Shown piece by piece: positions 18,101-28,178 of a stretch of 64,000 nucleotides of DNA. The translations under genes and the position numbers were made by a program. Below the pieces are notes generated by a model. It was not told where the DNA came from. It did no database searches and saw nothing but the letters and a program-made list of their open reading frames with translations. Source of the stretch: Betaproteobacteria bacterium (GTDB taxonomy: Bacteria > Pseudomonadota > Gammaproteobacteria > Burkholderiales > SG8-39); NCBI GenBank assembly GCA_016210745.1, contig JACQTO010000108.1:9563-73562 (forward strand). The letters are read 5' to 3'. Each line of letters starts with the position of its first letter. Within the stretch, counting starts at the first letter, position 1.

Positions 18101-19219
18101 TTACACCGCGACCGACACCCGCGCCAGGATGCGCACGTCATCGCCGATGCGCGTCACATCGCGGATGGCAAGGCGCGTCATCTGCGACAGGTCGGCCAGT
18201 TCGGGCAAGCCGAACATGCCGCGCCCGGAGTCGCCGATGATGCCCGGGGCCAGATAGATGAGCAGCTCGTCCACGCAGCCCTCGCGCAGGAGCGAGCCGT
18301 TGAGCCTTGTTCCGGCCTCGACATGCAGCTCGCCGACCCCGCGCCGCGCGAGCTCCGCAAGCAGCGCGGGCAGGTCGGTCTTGCCGCGAGGATTAGGGAT
18401 CACGATCACCTCGGCGCCCATCTTCCGAAGGACGTCGCGTTTCGCCTCGTCCTCGCGCGCCGCTACCACCAGCACGTTGCCGCCCTGGAGGATTTGCGCG
18501 TCCGGATCGAGTTCCAGCCGCGAGTCCACGACCACGCGCAGCGGCTGGCGCGCAGTCTCCACCAGACGGACATCGAGCCGAGGGTCGTCTTCCCTGACCG
18601 TGCCGATCCCCGTGAGCACGGCGCAAGCGCGCGCCCGGAAATGATGCCCGTCGCGCCGAGCCGCTTCGCCCGTGATCCACTGGCTCTTGCCGTTCGCCAG
18701 CGCGGTGCGTCCGTCGAGCGTCGCTGCGATCTTCATCCTCACCCACGGACGGCCCCGCGTCATGCGCGAGACAAAACCGATGTTGAGCTCGCGCGCCTCT
18801 TGCTCCATCAGTCCCGAGGACACCTCGATGCCGGCCGCACGCAAGCGCGCGAAACCGCTGCCGGCAACCTCGGGATTGGGATCCTGCATCGCCGCGACCA
18901 CGCGCGCGACGCCGGCCTGGATCAGGGTATCAGCACACGGCGGCGTGCGCCCGTGGTGGCTGCAGGGCTCGAGCGTGACATATAGCGTCGCGCCGCGTGC
19001 GCGTTCGGCCGCTTGCCTGATGGCGATAACCTCCGCATGCGGCATGCCAGCGGCCGCGTGCCAGCCTTCTCCGGCGAGCGAGCCGTCCCTCACGACCACG
19101 CTGCCTACGCGCGGATTGGGCGTAGTGGTGTACAGGCCGCGCTCGGCCAGGGCCAGTGCGCGGCTCATGTATTCGCGGTCGGTTTGGGAGAACGCGGACG
19201 GTGGCTTGGTTAGCGTCAT
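18101..19219 (-). CDS. ribD: Bifunctional riboflavin biosynthesis deaminase/reductase RibD
   Basis: The deaminase zinc motif is HAEV...LEPCSHHGRTPPC. The C-terminal reductase domain is present. Confidence 0.95.
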   Translation of the reverse strand: MTLTKPPSAFSQTDREYMSRALALAERGLYTTTPNPRVGSVVVRDGSLAGEGWHAAAGMPHAEVIAIRQAAERARGATLYVTLEPCSHHGRTPPCADTLIQAGVARVVAAMQDPNPEVAGSGFARLRAAGIEVSSGLMEQEARELNIGFVSRMTRGRPWVRMKIAATLDGRTALANGKSQWITGEAARRDGHHFRARACAVLTGIGTVREDDPRLDVRLVETARQPLRVVVDSRLELDPDAQILQGGNVLVVAAREDEAKRDVLRKMGAEVIVIPNPRGKTDLPALLAELARRGVGELHVEAGTRLNGSLLREGCVDELLIYLAPGIIGDSGRGMFGLPELADLSQMTRLAIRDVTRIGDDVRILARVSVAV

Positions 19220-19271
19220 TCTGTTGCCGCGGTGAGTTGGGCCTCGCTTGGCTCAGCCCAAGCTGCGCGCG

Positions 19272-19760
19272 CTACCCGGTCTTGCCGTGCTTGCGCACGC
19301 GCTTTGCGCCCGGGCGCTTCACCTGCTGGATCGCATCGCGAAAATCGTCCACGCGCTGGAAGTCCTCGTACACCGATGCGAAGCGAATATAGGCAACATC
19401 GTCCATCTTCTTCAGCTCACGCATCACCATCTCGCCGACCACCCGGCTGGCAACCTCGCGTTCGCCCAGCGCAAGCACCTTCTGCTCTATGCGGTTGATC
19501 GCGCCATCCACGTACTCGGTGGGCACCGGACGCTTGTGCAGCGCGCGCATGAAGCCGGTGCGGATCTTTTCGCGATCGTAGGCGGTTCGATTCCCGTTCT
19601 GCTTCACGATCATCGGCATTTGCAGCTCTACACGCTCGTAGGTGGTGAAGCGTTTGCCGCATTCCTGGCATTCGCGCCGACGGCGCACGCTGTCACCGTC
19701 CTCCGACAAGCGGGAGTCGACCACGCCGGTGTTTTCGGTCTTGCAGTAGGGACATTTCAT
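19272..19760 (-). CDS. nrdR: Transcriptional repressor NrdR
   Basis: MKCPYC...VVDSR...[17 protein letters not shown] gives the zinc ribbon, followed by the ATP-cone. Confidence 0.97.
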   Translation of the reverse strand: MKCPYCKTENTGVVDSRLSEDGDSVRRRRECQECGKRFTTYERVELQMPMIVKQNGNRTAYDREKIRTGFMRALHKRPVPTEYVDGAINRIEQKVLALGEREVASRVVGEMVMRELKKMDDVAYIRFASVYEDFQRVDDFRDAIQQVKRPGAKRVRKHGKTG

Positions 19761-19781
19761 GAATTGTGCGCCAATGGCATC

Positions 19782-21068
19782 TCAGACGATGGCGACGCCG
19801 AGCACTTTGTGCGGCTCGGTTGCCCACGGATAGACAGGGAAGCGCTTGCAGAGCAGACCGACCTCGCGTTTCACCTTTGCGATCGCGGATTCGTCGGCCG
19901 GCGCGTCAATGACATCGGCGATGAGGTCGGCGACCTTCTCGGCCTCGGCATTGCCAAAACCGCGCGTGGTCATCGCCGGTGAGCCGATGCGAACGCCGCT
20001 CGTGACGAACGGCTTTTGCGGATCGTGAGGAATAGCGTTCTTGTTGACCGTGATGTTGGCGCGACCCAACGCGCTTTCGGCGTCCTTGCCGGTGATGTTC
20101 TTGGGGCGCAGATCCACGAGAAACATGTGGCTGTCGGTGCCGCCCGAAACGATCCGCAAGCCGCGCTTGGCGAGCGTTTCGGCCATGATGCGGGAATTGG
20201 CAAGCACCTGCTCCTGGTACTGTCTGAACCCGGCCGAGAGCGCCTCCTTGAACGCCACCGCCTTGGCGGCTATCACGTGCATGAGCGGTCCGCCCTGAAT
20301 GCCCGGGAAAATGGTCGAGTTGAGAATCTTCTCGTGCTCCGATTTGGCCAGAATGAATCCGCCGCGCGGGCCGCGAAGGGTCTTATGCGTGGTGCTGGTG
20401 ACAAAATCGGCGATGCCGACCGGGCTGGGATACAGACCCGCGGCAATGAGTCCGGCATAGTGGGCCATGTCGACCATCAGCCTCGCACCGACGCTGTCGG
20501 CGATGTCGCGGAAACGCTGCCAGTCGATCACGCGCGAATACGCCGACGCCCCGGCGACGATCAGTTTGGGCTGATGCTCCAGCGCCAGACGCTCGATTTC
20601 GTCGAAGTCGATTTCCTCGGCGGCGTTCAGTCCATAGGCCATGGCCCGATAGAGTTTGCCGGTCATGTTGACGGCTGCGCCGTGGGTGAGATGGCCCCCG
20701 TGTGCGAGCGACATGCCCAGAAACGTGTCCCCCGGCTGCAGCAGCGCCATGTAGACCGCCTGATTGGCCTGCGAACCGGAATGCGCCTGCACGTTGGCGC
20801 AATCGGCGCCGAAGAGCTGCCGAACGCGTTCGATTGCGAGTTGCTCGGCGATATCGACGAACTCGCACCCGCCGTAGTAGCGTTTGCCCGGATAGCCTTC
20901 GGCGTATTTGTTGGTCAGCTGCGATCCCTGCGCCTGCAGCACTGCGGGGCTCACGTAATTCTCCGAGGCGATCAGCTCGATGTGCTCTTCCTGGCGCTGG
21001 TTCTCGGCCTCGATGGCGCTGAAGATCTCGGGATCGGTGTGGGCAAGATTGTGGTTGGCGGGAAACAT
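19782..21068 (-). CDS. glyA: Serine hydroxymethyltransferase
   Basis: It is near identical in blocks to E. coli GlyA ([46 protein letters not shown]). I chose the ATG at 21068 (MFPANHNL); the upstream ORF extension lacks similarity. Confidence 0.97.
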   Translation of the reverse strand: MFPANHNLAHTDPEIFSAIEAENQRQEEHIELIASENYVSPAVLQAQGSQLTNKYAEGYPGKRYYGGCEFVDIAEQLAIERVRQLFGADCANVQAHSGSQANQAVYMALLQPGDTFLGMSLAHGGHLTHGAAVNMTGKLYRAMAYGLNAAEEIDFDEIERLALEHQPKLIVAGASAYSRVIDWQRFRDIADSVGARLMVDMAHYAGLIAAGLYPSPVGIADFVTSTTHKTLRGPRGGFILAKSEHEKILNSTIFPGIQGGPLMHVIAAKAVAFKEALSAGFRQYQEQVLANSRIMAETLAKRGLRIVSGGTDSHMFLVDLRPKNITGKDAESALGRANITVNKNAIPHDPQKPFVTSGVRIGSPAMTTRGFGNAEAEKVADLIADVIDAPADESAIAKVKREVGLLCKRFPVYPWATEPHKVLGVAIV

Positions 21069-21260
21069 TTCGACCTTCGGGCAAGAAACGCCAATTTTAA
21101 CATGCCCGGCTACCTCGGCCGTCCGCCCCGACCGCCCCGCCTTATGCAGTCCCGCGTAACGCCTCGACCTTCCTTCCACCCTGTGAGAAGGCGCTGAGGA
21201 CGAGGGACTGCGCGTCGGGCATTATGCAACGCTCATCGCGCGAACTGCCGGTATGAGAAA

Positions 21261-21935
21261 ATGACCTGCATGGACGACGCGATCAAGCAGAAGATATTGC
21301 ACCTCTACCCGGCGTTCGGTTCGATGACGGCGGCGGCGCTGGACCGGGTTCTCGACGAAGCGTTGGTGCGCACGGTTCCGGCCGGAACCGTGATGTTCGA
21401 CGAGTCCAATCCCTGCCAGGCCTTTCCGATGCTGATCGAGGGCACGATAAGCGTGTCGAAGGTGGCCGCCAATGGGCGTGAGCTGCAGCTCTACCGGGTC
21501 GTGCCGGGCGAATCGTGCCTGCTCACATCGAGCTGCCTGCTCGGCAATGTCCCCTACTCGGCGCGCGGCACCGCCGAGTCGGAGGTGACAGTGGTTGCGC
21601 TGCCGCCCGATCTGTTCAACCGGCTGGTGGCCGAGTACGAACCCTTTCGCACCTATATTTTCTCGTTGTTCGCCGAACGCATTTCCGATCTGATGCAGCT
21701 GGTGGAAGCAGTCGCCTTTCACCGCCTCGACCAGCGTCTGGCGGCGCTGCTGCTCGGCAAGGGGCGTACGATCCAGACCACCCACCAACAGCTCGCCGAA
21801 GAACTGGGCAGCGTGCGCGAAATCGTGAGCCGTCTGCTCAAGAGCTTCGCCGAGCAGGGACTCGTTGCGCTCTCGCGGGAGAGAATCGAAGTTCTGAATC
21901 CGCAGGAACTGCGCCGCATAGCCGGCGCAACCTGA
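21261..21935 (+). CDS. Crp/Fnr-family transcriptional regulator
   Basis: It has a cNMP-binding-like beta-barrel followed by a C-terminal HTH (THQQLAEELGSVREIVSRLLKSF). Confidence 0.85.
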   Translation: MTCMDDAIKQKILHLYPAFGSMTAAALDRVLDEALVRTVPAGTVMFDESNPCQAFPMLIEGTISVSKVAANGRELQLYRVVPGESCLLTSSCLLGNVPYSARGTAESEVTVVALPPDLFNRLVAEYEPFRTYIFSLFAERISDLMQLVEAVAFHRLDQRLAALLLGKGRTIQTTHQQLAEELGSVREIVSRLLKSFAEQGLVALSRERIEVLNPQELRRIAGAT

Positions 21936-21977
21936 CTCCCTGCGGCCGTCGCGCCGAGCGGCATGTGCGCCACGCCT

Positions 21978-22727
21978 TCAGAGGGAAGGAACGGCGCGCG
22001 CGAGCATCTGTTTCAGCCGCGTATAGTGAGTCCCTTCCCAGTAGACCCGCCCGCACGCGCTGCAAAGCTTGAAGCGCTGGTAGTGCTCGCGCACCTGTTC
22101 CGGGATCCGATCGAGCACCGCGGCTTTCGGCGCCTCCGAGAGCTCGACATTGCATTCGCGGCAGCGCGAAAACGGGCGCAGCAGGCGCTCGAGCTGCAGC
22201 GATCGCACGACCTCTCCAAGCTGGATCTCCGCATCAGTCGAGCGCACGAAATAGCCGCGCTCGACTGCGCCGCGCTTGAGCAAGCCGATGTCGCGCGTCA
22301 GGATAATGCGTTTCTCGACAAGCGAAATTCGGACGACCTCTTCGTCGGCGTAATCCTTGTCCCAGAGCGCGTCGAACCCCGCCAGGCGCAGGTGGCGCGC
22401 GAGTTTGCCCAGATGCGTATCGAGCACGAAGCGCGGATCGCGCAGGGGTGCCGGCCGTAGATGCACCAGCGGCGCTATATCGAGGCGCTCGAATTCGGGG
22501 TAGACGGCGACGCGCTCGCCCCCGCGCAGCACGTGATCGAAACCGACCGACTCGCCGTCGACGAGGATCAGGTCAACCTCGGGGTGCGGCACGCCCGCAG
22601 ATTCGATCGCGTCCTTGACCGAGCGGCCGCGATCGAGCTCGACGCTGATCGTGCGCCGGCGGCATTCGACCGGAAGAAAGTCGTTCAACTCCTCATAGAA
22701 ACGGAATTCGGAAGTGGGGCGTGTCAT
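21978..22727 (-). CDS. Mut7-C ubiquitin-like / RNase (PIN-like) domain protein
   Basis: The N-terminus has a ThiS/MoaD-like segment (FRFYEELNDFLP...GGERVAVYP). A Mut7-C nuclease domain follows (ILTRD..LLKR). The C-terminus has a CxxC...CxxC zinc ribbon (CRECN...CSACG). Confidence 0.7.
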   Translation of the reverse strand: MTRPTSEFRFYEELNDFLPVECRRRTISVELDRGRSVKDAIESAGVPHPEVDLILVDGESVGFDHVLRGGERVAVYPEFERLDIAPLVHLRPAPLRDPRFVLDTHLGKLARHLRLAGFDALWDKDYADEEVVRISLVEKRIILTRDIGLLKRGAVERGYFVRSTDAEIQLGEVVRSLQLERLLRPFSRCRECNVELSEAPKAAVLDRIPEQVREHYQRFKLCSACGRVYWEGTHYTRLKQMLARAVPSL

Positions 22728-22823
22728 GGCGATATCGCATCACAGCCTGGAGTAAGCACTCCTGTCATCGCACCCTGCTGTACGTGGCAACCTAAGTCGC
22801 GCCGCCCGTTGTTGGGGGCTGTT

Positions 22824-23000
22824 GCGCGGACGAAAAGCCGTCCGCGCTGATCGGCGATTGTGCACGGATGATGAACCCATCCGTGCACAATCGCCGATCT
22901 CGTATAAAACCCCGAACAGTCCTGGTTTTGACCATAACCGCTTTTTCTGCACGGATGCCGTTTATCCGTGCAGAAAAAGCGGTTGGCGCGCGCAGCGCGC
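22824..23000 (+). repeat. R3 three-hairpin element, copy X
   Basis: H1 pairs 22824-22832 with 22839-22847 (GCGCGGACG). H2 is a perfect 22-bp stem pairing 22849-22870 with 22878-22899. H3 is a perfect 21-bp stem pairing 22936-22956 with 22964-22984. A GGCGCGCGCAGCGCGC tail follows. Confidence 0.9.
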
Positions 23001-23032
23001 AACTCCGCTGCTGGCATCAGCAACGCAGGTGA

Positions 23033-24007
23033 CTACAGCAGCCGGCACATCGCCTGCAGATCGACGTTGCCCCCGGAGATGAGCACACCGACGCGCTTGC
23101 CGGCAACCGGCAGGCGACGCTCGAACAACCCGGCCGCACCGAGCGCCCCGGTCGGCTCGACCACGATCTTCATCCGCTCCCAGAGGTAGCGCATCGCCGA
23201 GAGCAACTCGGCATCGCTCACGGTGATCATGTCGTGCACGTGCGAGAGCACCAGCGGAAAAGTGATCTTCCCCAACGAATGCGTGCGCGCTCCGTCGGCG
23301 ATGGTCTCCGGATTGTGGCAGCTCTGCAGGGTTTTCGACTTGAACGAGCGAGTGGCGTCGTCGCCCGCCTCGGGTTCGACGCCGATCACTTTGCAGCCCG
23401 GCGATAGCGCCGCCGCGGCAATGGCGCAACCGGAGATCAGCCCGCCGCCGCCGCAGGGCACGAACAGGTAATCGAGCGCGCCGGCGTCCTCGGCCAACTC
23501 CTTGGCGGCGGTGCCTTGGCCGGCGACGATGTGCGCATGATCGAAAGGCGGAATGAGCGCTAGCCCGCGCTCGGCGGCGATTTCCCCCGCAAGGTCCTCG
23601 CGCGAGGTCGTGTGCTTGTCGTACAGCACGACCTCGGCGCCATAGCCTTTGGTCGCCTCCAGCTTTACGGCTGGCGCATCCTGCGGCATCACGATGGTGG
23701 CGCGGATATCGAGTTCGCGCCCTGCGAGGGCGACCGCTTGCGCGTGGTTGCCCGAGGAGTAGGCGATCACGCCGCGGCGCCGCGCCGCGATCGGGAGCAG
23801 CGCCAAGGCATTGAACGCGCCGCGATACTTGAAGGCGCCCATGCGCTGAAAGTTTTCGCACTTGAAGAATACGCGCGCGCCGGTGCGCGCGTCGACGGTG
23901 CGTGACGTGAGCACCGGCGTTCGCCGCACGTGACCGGCAAGCCGCTCGCTTGCCGCCGCGACATCGGCGTACTGGACCGGCAGAGGCGAAATTCCGGAAT
24001 CACTCAT
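23033..24007 (-). CDS. Threonine/serine dehydratase (PLP-dependent, fold type II)
   Basis: FKCENFQRMGAFKYRGA carries the PLP lysine motif, and the glycine loop is PCGGGGLISG. Confidence 0.9.
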   Translation of the reverse strand: MSDSGISPLPVQYADVAAASERLAGHVRRTPVLTSRTVDARTGARVFFKCENFQRMGAFKYRGAFNALALLPIAARRRGVIAYSSGNHAQAVALAGRELDIRATIVMPQDAPAVKLEATKGYGAEVVLYDKHTTSREDLAGEIAAERGLALIPPFDHAHIVAGQGTAAKELAEDAGALDYLFVPCGGGGLISGCAIAAAALSPGCKVIGVEPEAGDDATRSFKSKTLQSCHNPETIADGARTHSLGKITFPLVLSHVHDMITVSDAELLSAMRYLWERMKIVVEPTGALGAAGLFERRLPVAGKRVGVLISGGNVDLQAMCRLL

Positions 24008-24081
24008 GCTGGAAGAATTTTACGCCGGCGCGACGCTTCGGCGCTGTCTGCCGCCTGAAAACGGCGATCGATGACCCCGTG

Positions 24082-24732
24082 TCAACGCGCCGTCGGAACC
24101 ACCGGGTTGATGTCCTCAAGCCCTTGTGCGGCCAGGTGCGCCACCTCGCCCCAGGTCTCGATCTTCCAGGCGCTGCCGTCGAAATGCAGCCGGTTGATGC
24201 TCGCGTTGGCAATCGTGTACGTGCGCGGCGCGTCGAACCCCAGTCCCATGGCATGGCGGTACATGACCCCGAGCACACCGCCATGCGTGACCACCGCGAA
24301 CCGCTGGCCTCGCAGCGTCCGTGCAAACCGCGTGAGCGTGGCCACCACGCGCTCCTGGAATTGCACCGCACTTTCACCGCCTTGGGCCGTTGCAAGCGGT
24401 TCGCGGCGCACAATGCGTTCGTAATCCTCTGGAAAGTCGCGCTTGATTTCGGCGTAGGTGCGGCCTTCCCAAGCCCCATAGTTGCGCTCTCTCAACGCGC
24501 TGTCGAATACCGGCACAAGGCCCGTCGACTCAGTGATCGGATGCGCTGTCTGGCGCGTGCGGCCGAGATCGCTTGAAATCAGCGCATCAAGGGGCTCCTC
24601 GGCCAGGCGCGCACCCAGCGCCTCGGCCTGCGCGCGTCCCAGGTGGGTGAGCGGGCTATCGAGATAGCCCTGAATGCGGCCCTCCACATTCCACGCGGTT
24701 TCTCCATGACGAATCAGCAATACCGTAGTCAT
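24082..24732 (-). CDS. Histidine phosphatase (phosphoglycerate mutase-like) family protein
   Basis: LIRHGETAWN is the RHG catalytic motif, and VVTHGGV lies downstream. Confidence 0.85.
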   Translation of the reverse strand: MTTVLLIRHGETAWNVEGRIQGYLDSPLTHLGRAQAEALGARLAEEPLDALISSDLGRTRQTAHPITESTGLVPVFDSALRERNYGAWEGRTYAEIKRDFPEDYERIVRREPLATAQGGESAVQFQERVVATLTRFARTLRGQRFAVVTHGGVLGVMYRHAMGLGFDAPRTYTIANASINRLHFDGSAWKIETWGEVAHLAAQGLEDINPVVPTAR

Positions 24733-24740
24733 GACTACCC

Positions 24741-26591
24741 CTATACCTCGGCCCGGTGCGGCCTGCTAAGCCATTTGTCAAGCAATGCCGTGTGCCGCGA
24801 AGCCGAGAGCGCGCAAGTATCGCCGGGGCTGCGCAACAGCCGCACGTCGAAGCGGCGCAACTCGTCGCGCCGAAACGCGTGGATAGCCACCAATTCCCCC
24901 ACGCGGCGCTTGTCGAGGAGCGCATCGATTCCGCCCGTTCCCGGGCGGATGCCGTCGATGGCGACGATCACATCGCCTGCAGACATCCCCGCTGCCTGCG
25001 CCGCACCGCCATCGAGCACGTGCGTGACCGCCAAATCCTTGCCTTCGGCGCGCGTCGACAAACCCAGCGCGGGCCGCGGCGCAAACGCCTCGCGCGGTTT
25101 CGCCGCCGGCTTGCCCCCCTTGTCGGAGGCCGATTCGGCAGGACGCAACGCCATGTCCACGCCGTGCGTCGCGAGCAGCCGCTTGAGCGGCAGCTCTTCG
25201 GTGGAGCGCAGCGCGCGCTCGAAGAAGCGGCGCAGATTCAGACCGCTCACTCTTTCGGCAATGCGCTCGACGTCGCGTTCGCCCACGCCGATACCGCGCA
25301 AGCCGTGTTCACGCCACAGCGCGCGCATCACGTCATCGAGCGACAGGCGTGCGCGCGACTTAGAGCGGATCAGCAGATCCAGACACAGTCCTATCAGGCT
25401 GCCCTTGAGATAGTAGCTGACGATGGCGTTGGGCGAGTTCTCGTCCGGCCGGTAATAGCGCGTCCAGGCATCGAAGGAGGATTCGGCCACGCTCTGGCGC
25501 CGGCGACCGGGCGTGCGCAAATAGCTGGTGATGTTGCGGCCGAGCAGTTCCAGGTATTGCTCGCGCGACAGGAGTCCGCAGCGCTGGAGCAGCAGATCGT
25601 CGTAATAGGAAGTCAAGCCCTCAAAAGCCCACAACAGCGTGGTGTAGTTCTCGCGTCCGAGGTCGTAGGGGGAAAATACGGCCGGCTTTATGCGCTTGAC
25701 GTTCCAGGTGTGGAAATACTCGTGGCTGGCAAGGCCGAGGAAAGTGCGGTAACCCTCGCTCGTCTCTTCCATTCCGGGCGGAGGAAGATCGTTACGCGAA
25801 CAAAGCAGCGCGCTCGAGGCACGGTGCTCCAGGCCTCCGTAGCCCTCGCCCACCGCGGTGACGAGAAACAGGTAATGATCAAAGGGTGGCTCCGAGCCGA
25901 AAAACCGGATCTGCTGCTCGCACAGCCGCTTCAGATCCTCACGCAAGCGCGCCAAGTCCGTGCGCTGCCGGCCGGAGATCGCGACCCGGTGCGCGACGCC
26001 GCAGGCGCGAAACTCGGCGAGTGCGAATTCGCCCATCTCCACCGGGTGGTCGATCAGTTCATCGTAGTCGGCCGCGACATATCCCCCGAACCCAAACGGT
26101 TTCGCGCCGGCCCTGGTCATGGCGGTGGCGACGCGCCAGTTTCGATAGTTGGGACGCTCGCTTCCGCCACGGCTTTTCTCGCTTGCCCTTGGCGGCAGGA
26201 TCTCGAGCTCGCAGGCGCGCTCTTCGTGCCCTGCCACGCGCAGGAACACGCACGGGCCGTTGAAGAATCCGTGCCATTCATCCAGATGCGCGGCGCGCAC
26301 CGAGAGGTCCCATGCGTACACCTCGGCGATCACCGTGAGCGGTGCGGCCGCCGGCGCGGCCCGCCAAGTATGTTTGTCCGTCTTTTCCAGCGCCACGGGC
26401 CGCCGCCGGCTCTCGGCGCGGATGGAAACAACGTGGCGCGCAAAATCGCGGATCATGTAGCTGCCCGGCGCCCAGGCCGGCAGCGCAAACACCTGGCCCT
26501 GCGGATCCGGATCGCCGACCGTACAGCGCACCTCGAACAGATGCGCTTCCGGCCGCTTGGGGAAAATCGCGTAGCGGACAGGCGTTTTCAT
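24741..26591 (-). CDS. M61 glycyl aminopeptidase-family metallopeptidase with C-terminal PDZ domain
   Basis: It has the HEYFHTWNVKRIKP zinc motif and a C-terminal PDZ (GMSAGDVIVAIDG). The ATG at 26591 gives MKTPVRYAIFP. The longer ORF merely reads through repeat R2-C. Confidence 0.85.
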   Translation of the reverse strand: MKTPVRYAIFPKRPEAHLFEVRCTVGDPDPQGQVFALPAWAPGSYMIRDFARHVVSIRAESRRRPVALEKTDKHTWRAAPAAAPLTVIAEVYAWDLSVRAAHLDEWHGFFNGPCVFLRVAGHEERACELEILPPRASEKSRGGSERPNYRNWRVATAMTRAGAKPFGFGGYVAADYDELIDHPVEMGEFALAEFRACGVAHRVAISGRQRTDLARLREDLKRLCEQQIRFFGSEPPFDHYLFLVTAVGEGYGGLEHRASSALLCSRNDLPPPGMEETSEGYRTFLGLASHEYFHTWNVKRIKPAVFSPYDLGRENYTTLLWAFEGLTSYYDDLLLQRCGLLSREQYLELLGRNITSYLRTPGRRRQSVAESSFDAWTRYYRPDENSPNAIVSYYLKGSLIGLCLDLLIRSKSRARLSLDDVMRALWREHGLRGIGVGERDVERIAERVSGLNLRRFFERALRSTEELPLKRLLATHGVDMALRPAESASDKGGKPAAKPREAFAPRPALGLSTRAEGKDLAVTHVLDGGAAQAAGMSAGDVIVAIDGIRPGTGGIDALLDKRRVGELVAIHAFRRDELRRFDVRLLRSPGDTCALSASRHTALLDKWLSRPHRAEV

Positions 26592-26610
26592 AGGATCGCT
26601 AGCGCTATAG

Positions 26611-26712
26611 CAGGAACCAACAAGGCTGGCTTTGCCTTTATCGATCTCGTGTTTTGGTGCCGTTGCGACTTCGCAACGGCAAGAAAACGCGAGACACATG
26701 CAACGCCAAACT
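26611..26712 (+). repeat. R2 structured intergenic element, copy C (divergent, shortened 3' flank)
   Basis: The hairpin pairs 26645-26668 with 26671-26694 (24 positions, 3 non-Watson-Crick). It shares the GCCTTTATCGATCTCGTGTTTT variant with copy A. Confidence 0.75.
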
Positions 26713-26715
26713 CTT

Positions 26716-26816
26716 CGCGGAAAGAAAAATTGGGGTCAGAGTAACTTTTCACTATGCAGCCTCGTAATGCGCAATTGCGGTCGAAGAAAAGTTACTCTGA
26801 CCCCAATTTTTCCGCG
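26716..26816. repeat. R1 palindromic element, copy 3
   Basis: The arms are CGCGGAAAGAAAAATTGGGGTCAGAGTAACTTTTC and GAAAAGTTACTCTGACCCCAATTTTTCCGCG. It ends 6 nt before the DegQ stop codon. Confidence 0.9.
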
Positions 26817-26822
26817 GCCCGA

Positions 26823-28178
26823 TTACTTGATCACGAGCGTGATGCGGTATTCGCCCCGCAACAGCGACAGTCGCAACGGCGAGTCGCCCGCGCGCAGGGC
26901 GGCCAGAAACTCATTCACGCTGCGCACGCGGCGCCGGCCGACGCCATAGACGATGTCGCCGGAGCGCATGCCGTTGCGCGCCGCTGCGCTTCGCGCCTCG
27001 ACCGACACCACGATGACTCCCTCGACCTGGCCGTACATCGGCATTCCTGGTTCGATGTTTGCCACGCGCGCCCCGGCCAGCTGCGGCACGGCTTCGCCCG
27101 CGCTTCCGGTGACCGCGAACGGTTCGCCGACTCGGGCGCGAATTTCAGTCCGACCGCTCGAACGCTCGATGCCGAGCGCGATCTCCTCGCCCACCGGCGT
27201 CAGTCCGACGCGGTTGCGCACGTCGGCAGCGCCGCGTATCGGCCGGCCGTTGGCAGACACGAGCACGTCGCCTTTCCTGAGGCCGGCCTTGTCCGCGGGC
27301 GACCCGGCTTGCACCGCAACCACCACCGCGCCGTCCCCGGCGCGTACCCCGAGCTTCTTGGCAATCTCCGGGGTCAGATCGGCGGTGGACACGCCCAGGC
27401 GTCCCCGGCGCACCTCACCGAAACGCAGTATCTGCGCCACGACCTGGCGCGCCATCGCCGCCGGGACGGCAAAACCGATGCCGACGTTGCCGCCCGAGGG
27501 TCCGAGGATTGCGGTATTGATGCCGATCAGTTCTCCCCTCAGGTTCACCAGGGCGCCGCCCGAGTTGCCGGGATTGATCGAAGCGTCGGTCTGAATGAAG
27601 TCCTCGTAGCCTTCGATTCCCAAGCCGCTGCGGCCGAGCGCGGAAACGATTCCCGAGGTAACCGTTTGGCCGATGCCGAAAGGATTGCCGATCGCGACTA
27701 CAAAATCGCCGACCTGCAGCGCGTCCGAATCGCCGAACGCGAGCGCGGTCAGATTCTCGGCCGGAATCCTGAGCAGCGCGATGTCGGTTCCAGGGTCGGT
27801 GCCGGCGAGCCGCGCCTTGAGCTGGCGCCGGTCCTTGAGCGTCACCACGATTTCCTGGGCGTCCTTGATGACGTGGTTGTTGGTGAGCACGAGTCCTTGG
27901 GCGGCATCGACGATCACGCCCGAGCCCGCGCTTTGTTCACCGCGAGGCTGATCGGGAAGATTGAAAAACCTCCGGAAGAACGGATCCCGGAGCAGTGGGT
28001 TGTTCTCCGCCGGGTCGCGCATCTGCACTGAGATGTTCACCACTGCAGGGGTCGCCTTCGCGAGCATCGGCGCCAGGCTAGGTATGCCCTGCGCGTTGCT
28101 GGCAAGAGGCAGCGCGGCATGGGCGAGCGCGCCGGTGCCGAGCACAAGCGCGATCAAAACGCGACGTAGCGTCTTCAT
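26823..28178 (-). CDS. DegQ/DegP-family periplasmic serine endoprotease (trypsin domain plus two PDZ)
   Basis: There is a signal peptide MKTLRRVLIALVLGTGALAHA. Motifs include GSGVIVD, the catalytic GNSGGALVN, and two PDZ-like segments. Confidence 0.92.
   Translation of the reverse strand: MKTLRRVLIALVLGTGALAHAALPLASNAQGIPSLAPMLAKATPAVVNISVQMRDPAENNPLLRDPFFRRFFNLPDQPRGEQSAGSGVIVDAAQGLVLTNNHVIKDAQEIVVTLKDRRQLKARLAGTDPGTDIALLRIPAENLTALAFGDSDALQVGDFVVAIGNPFGIGQTVTSGIVSALGRSGLGIEGYEDFIQTDASINPGNSGGALVNLRGELIGINTAILGPSGGNVGIGFAVPAAMARQVVAQILRFGEVRRGRLGVSTADLTPEIAKKLGVRAGDGAVVVAVQAGSPADKAGLRKGDVLVSANGRPIRGAADVRNRVGLTPVGEEIALGIERSSGRTEIRARVGEPFAVTGSAGEAVPQLAGARVANIEPGMPMYGQVEGVIVVSVEARSAAARNGMRSGDIVYGVGRRRVRSVNEFLAALRAGDSPLRLSLLRGEYRITLVIK

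Noticed and set aside
21069-21260. Is there a ZTP (pfl) or other riboswitch in the ~190-nt G-rich leader of glyA?
   Set aside because: I looked for the conserved GACUGGCG ... CCGCCUGGGC elements. I found only loose resemblances (GGGACTGCATAAGGCGG, AGCCGGGCA), which is not enough to call. A covariance-model scan would be needed.
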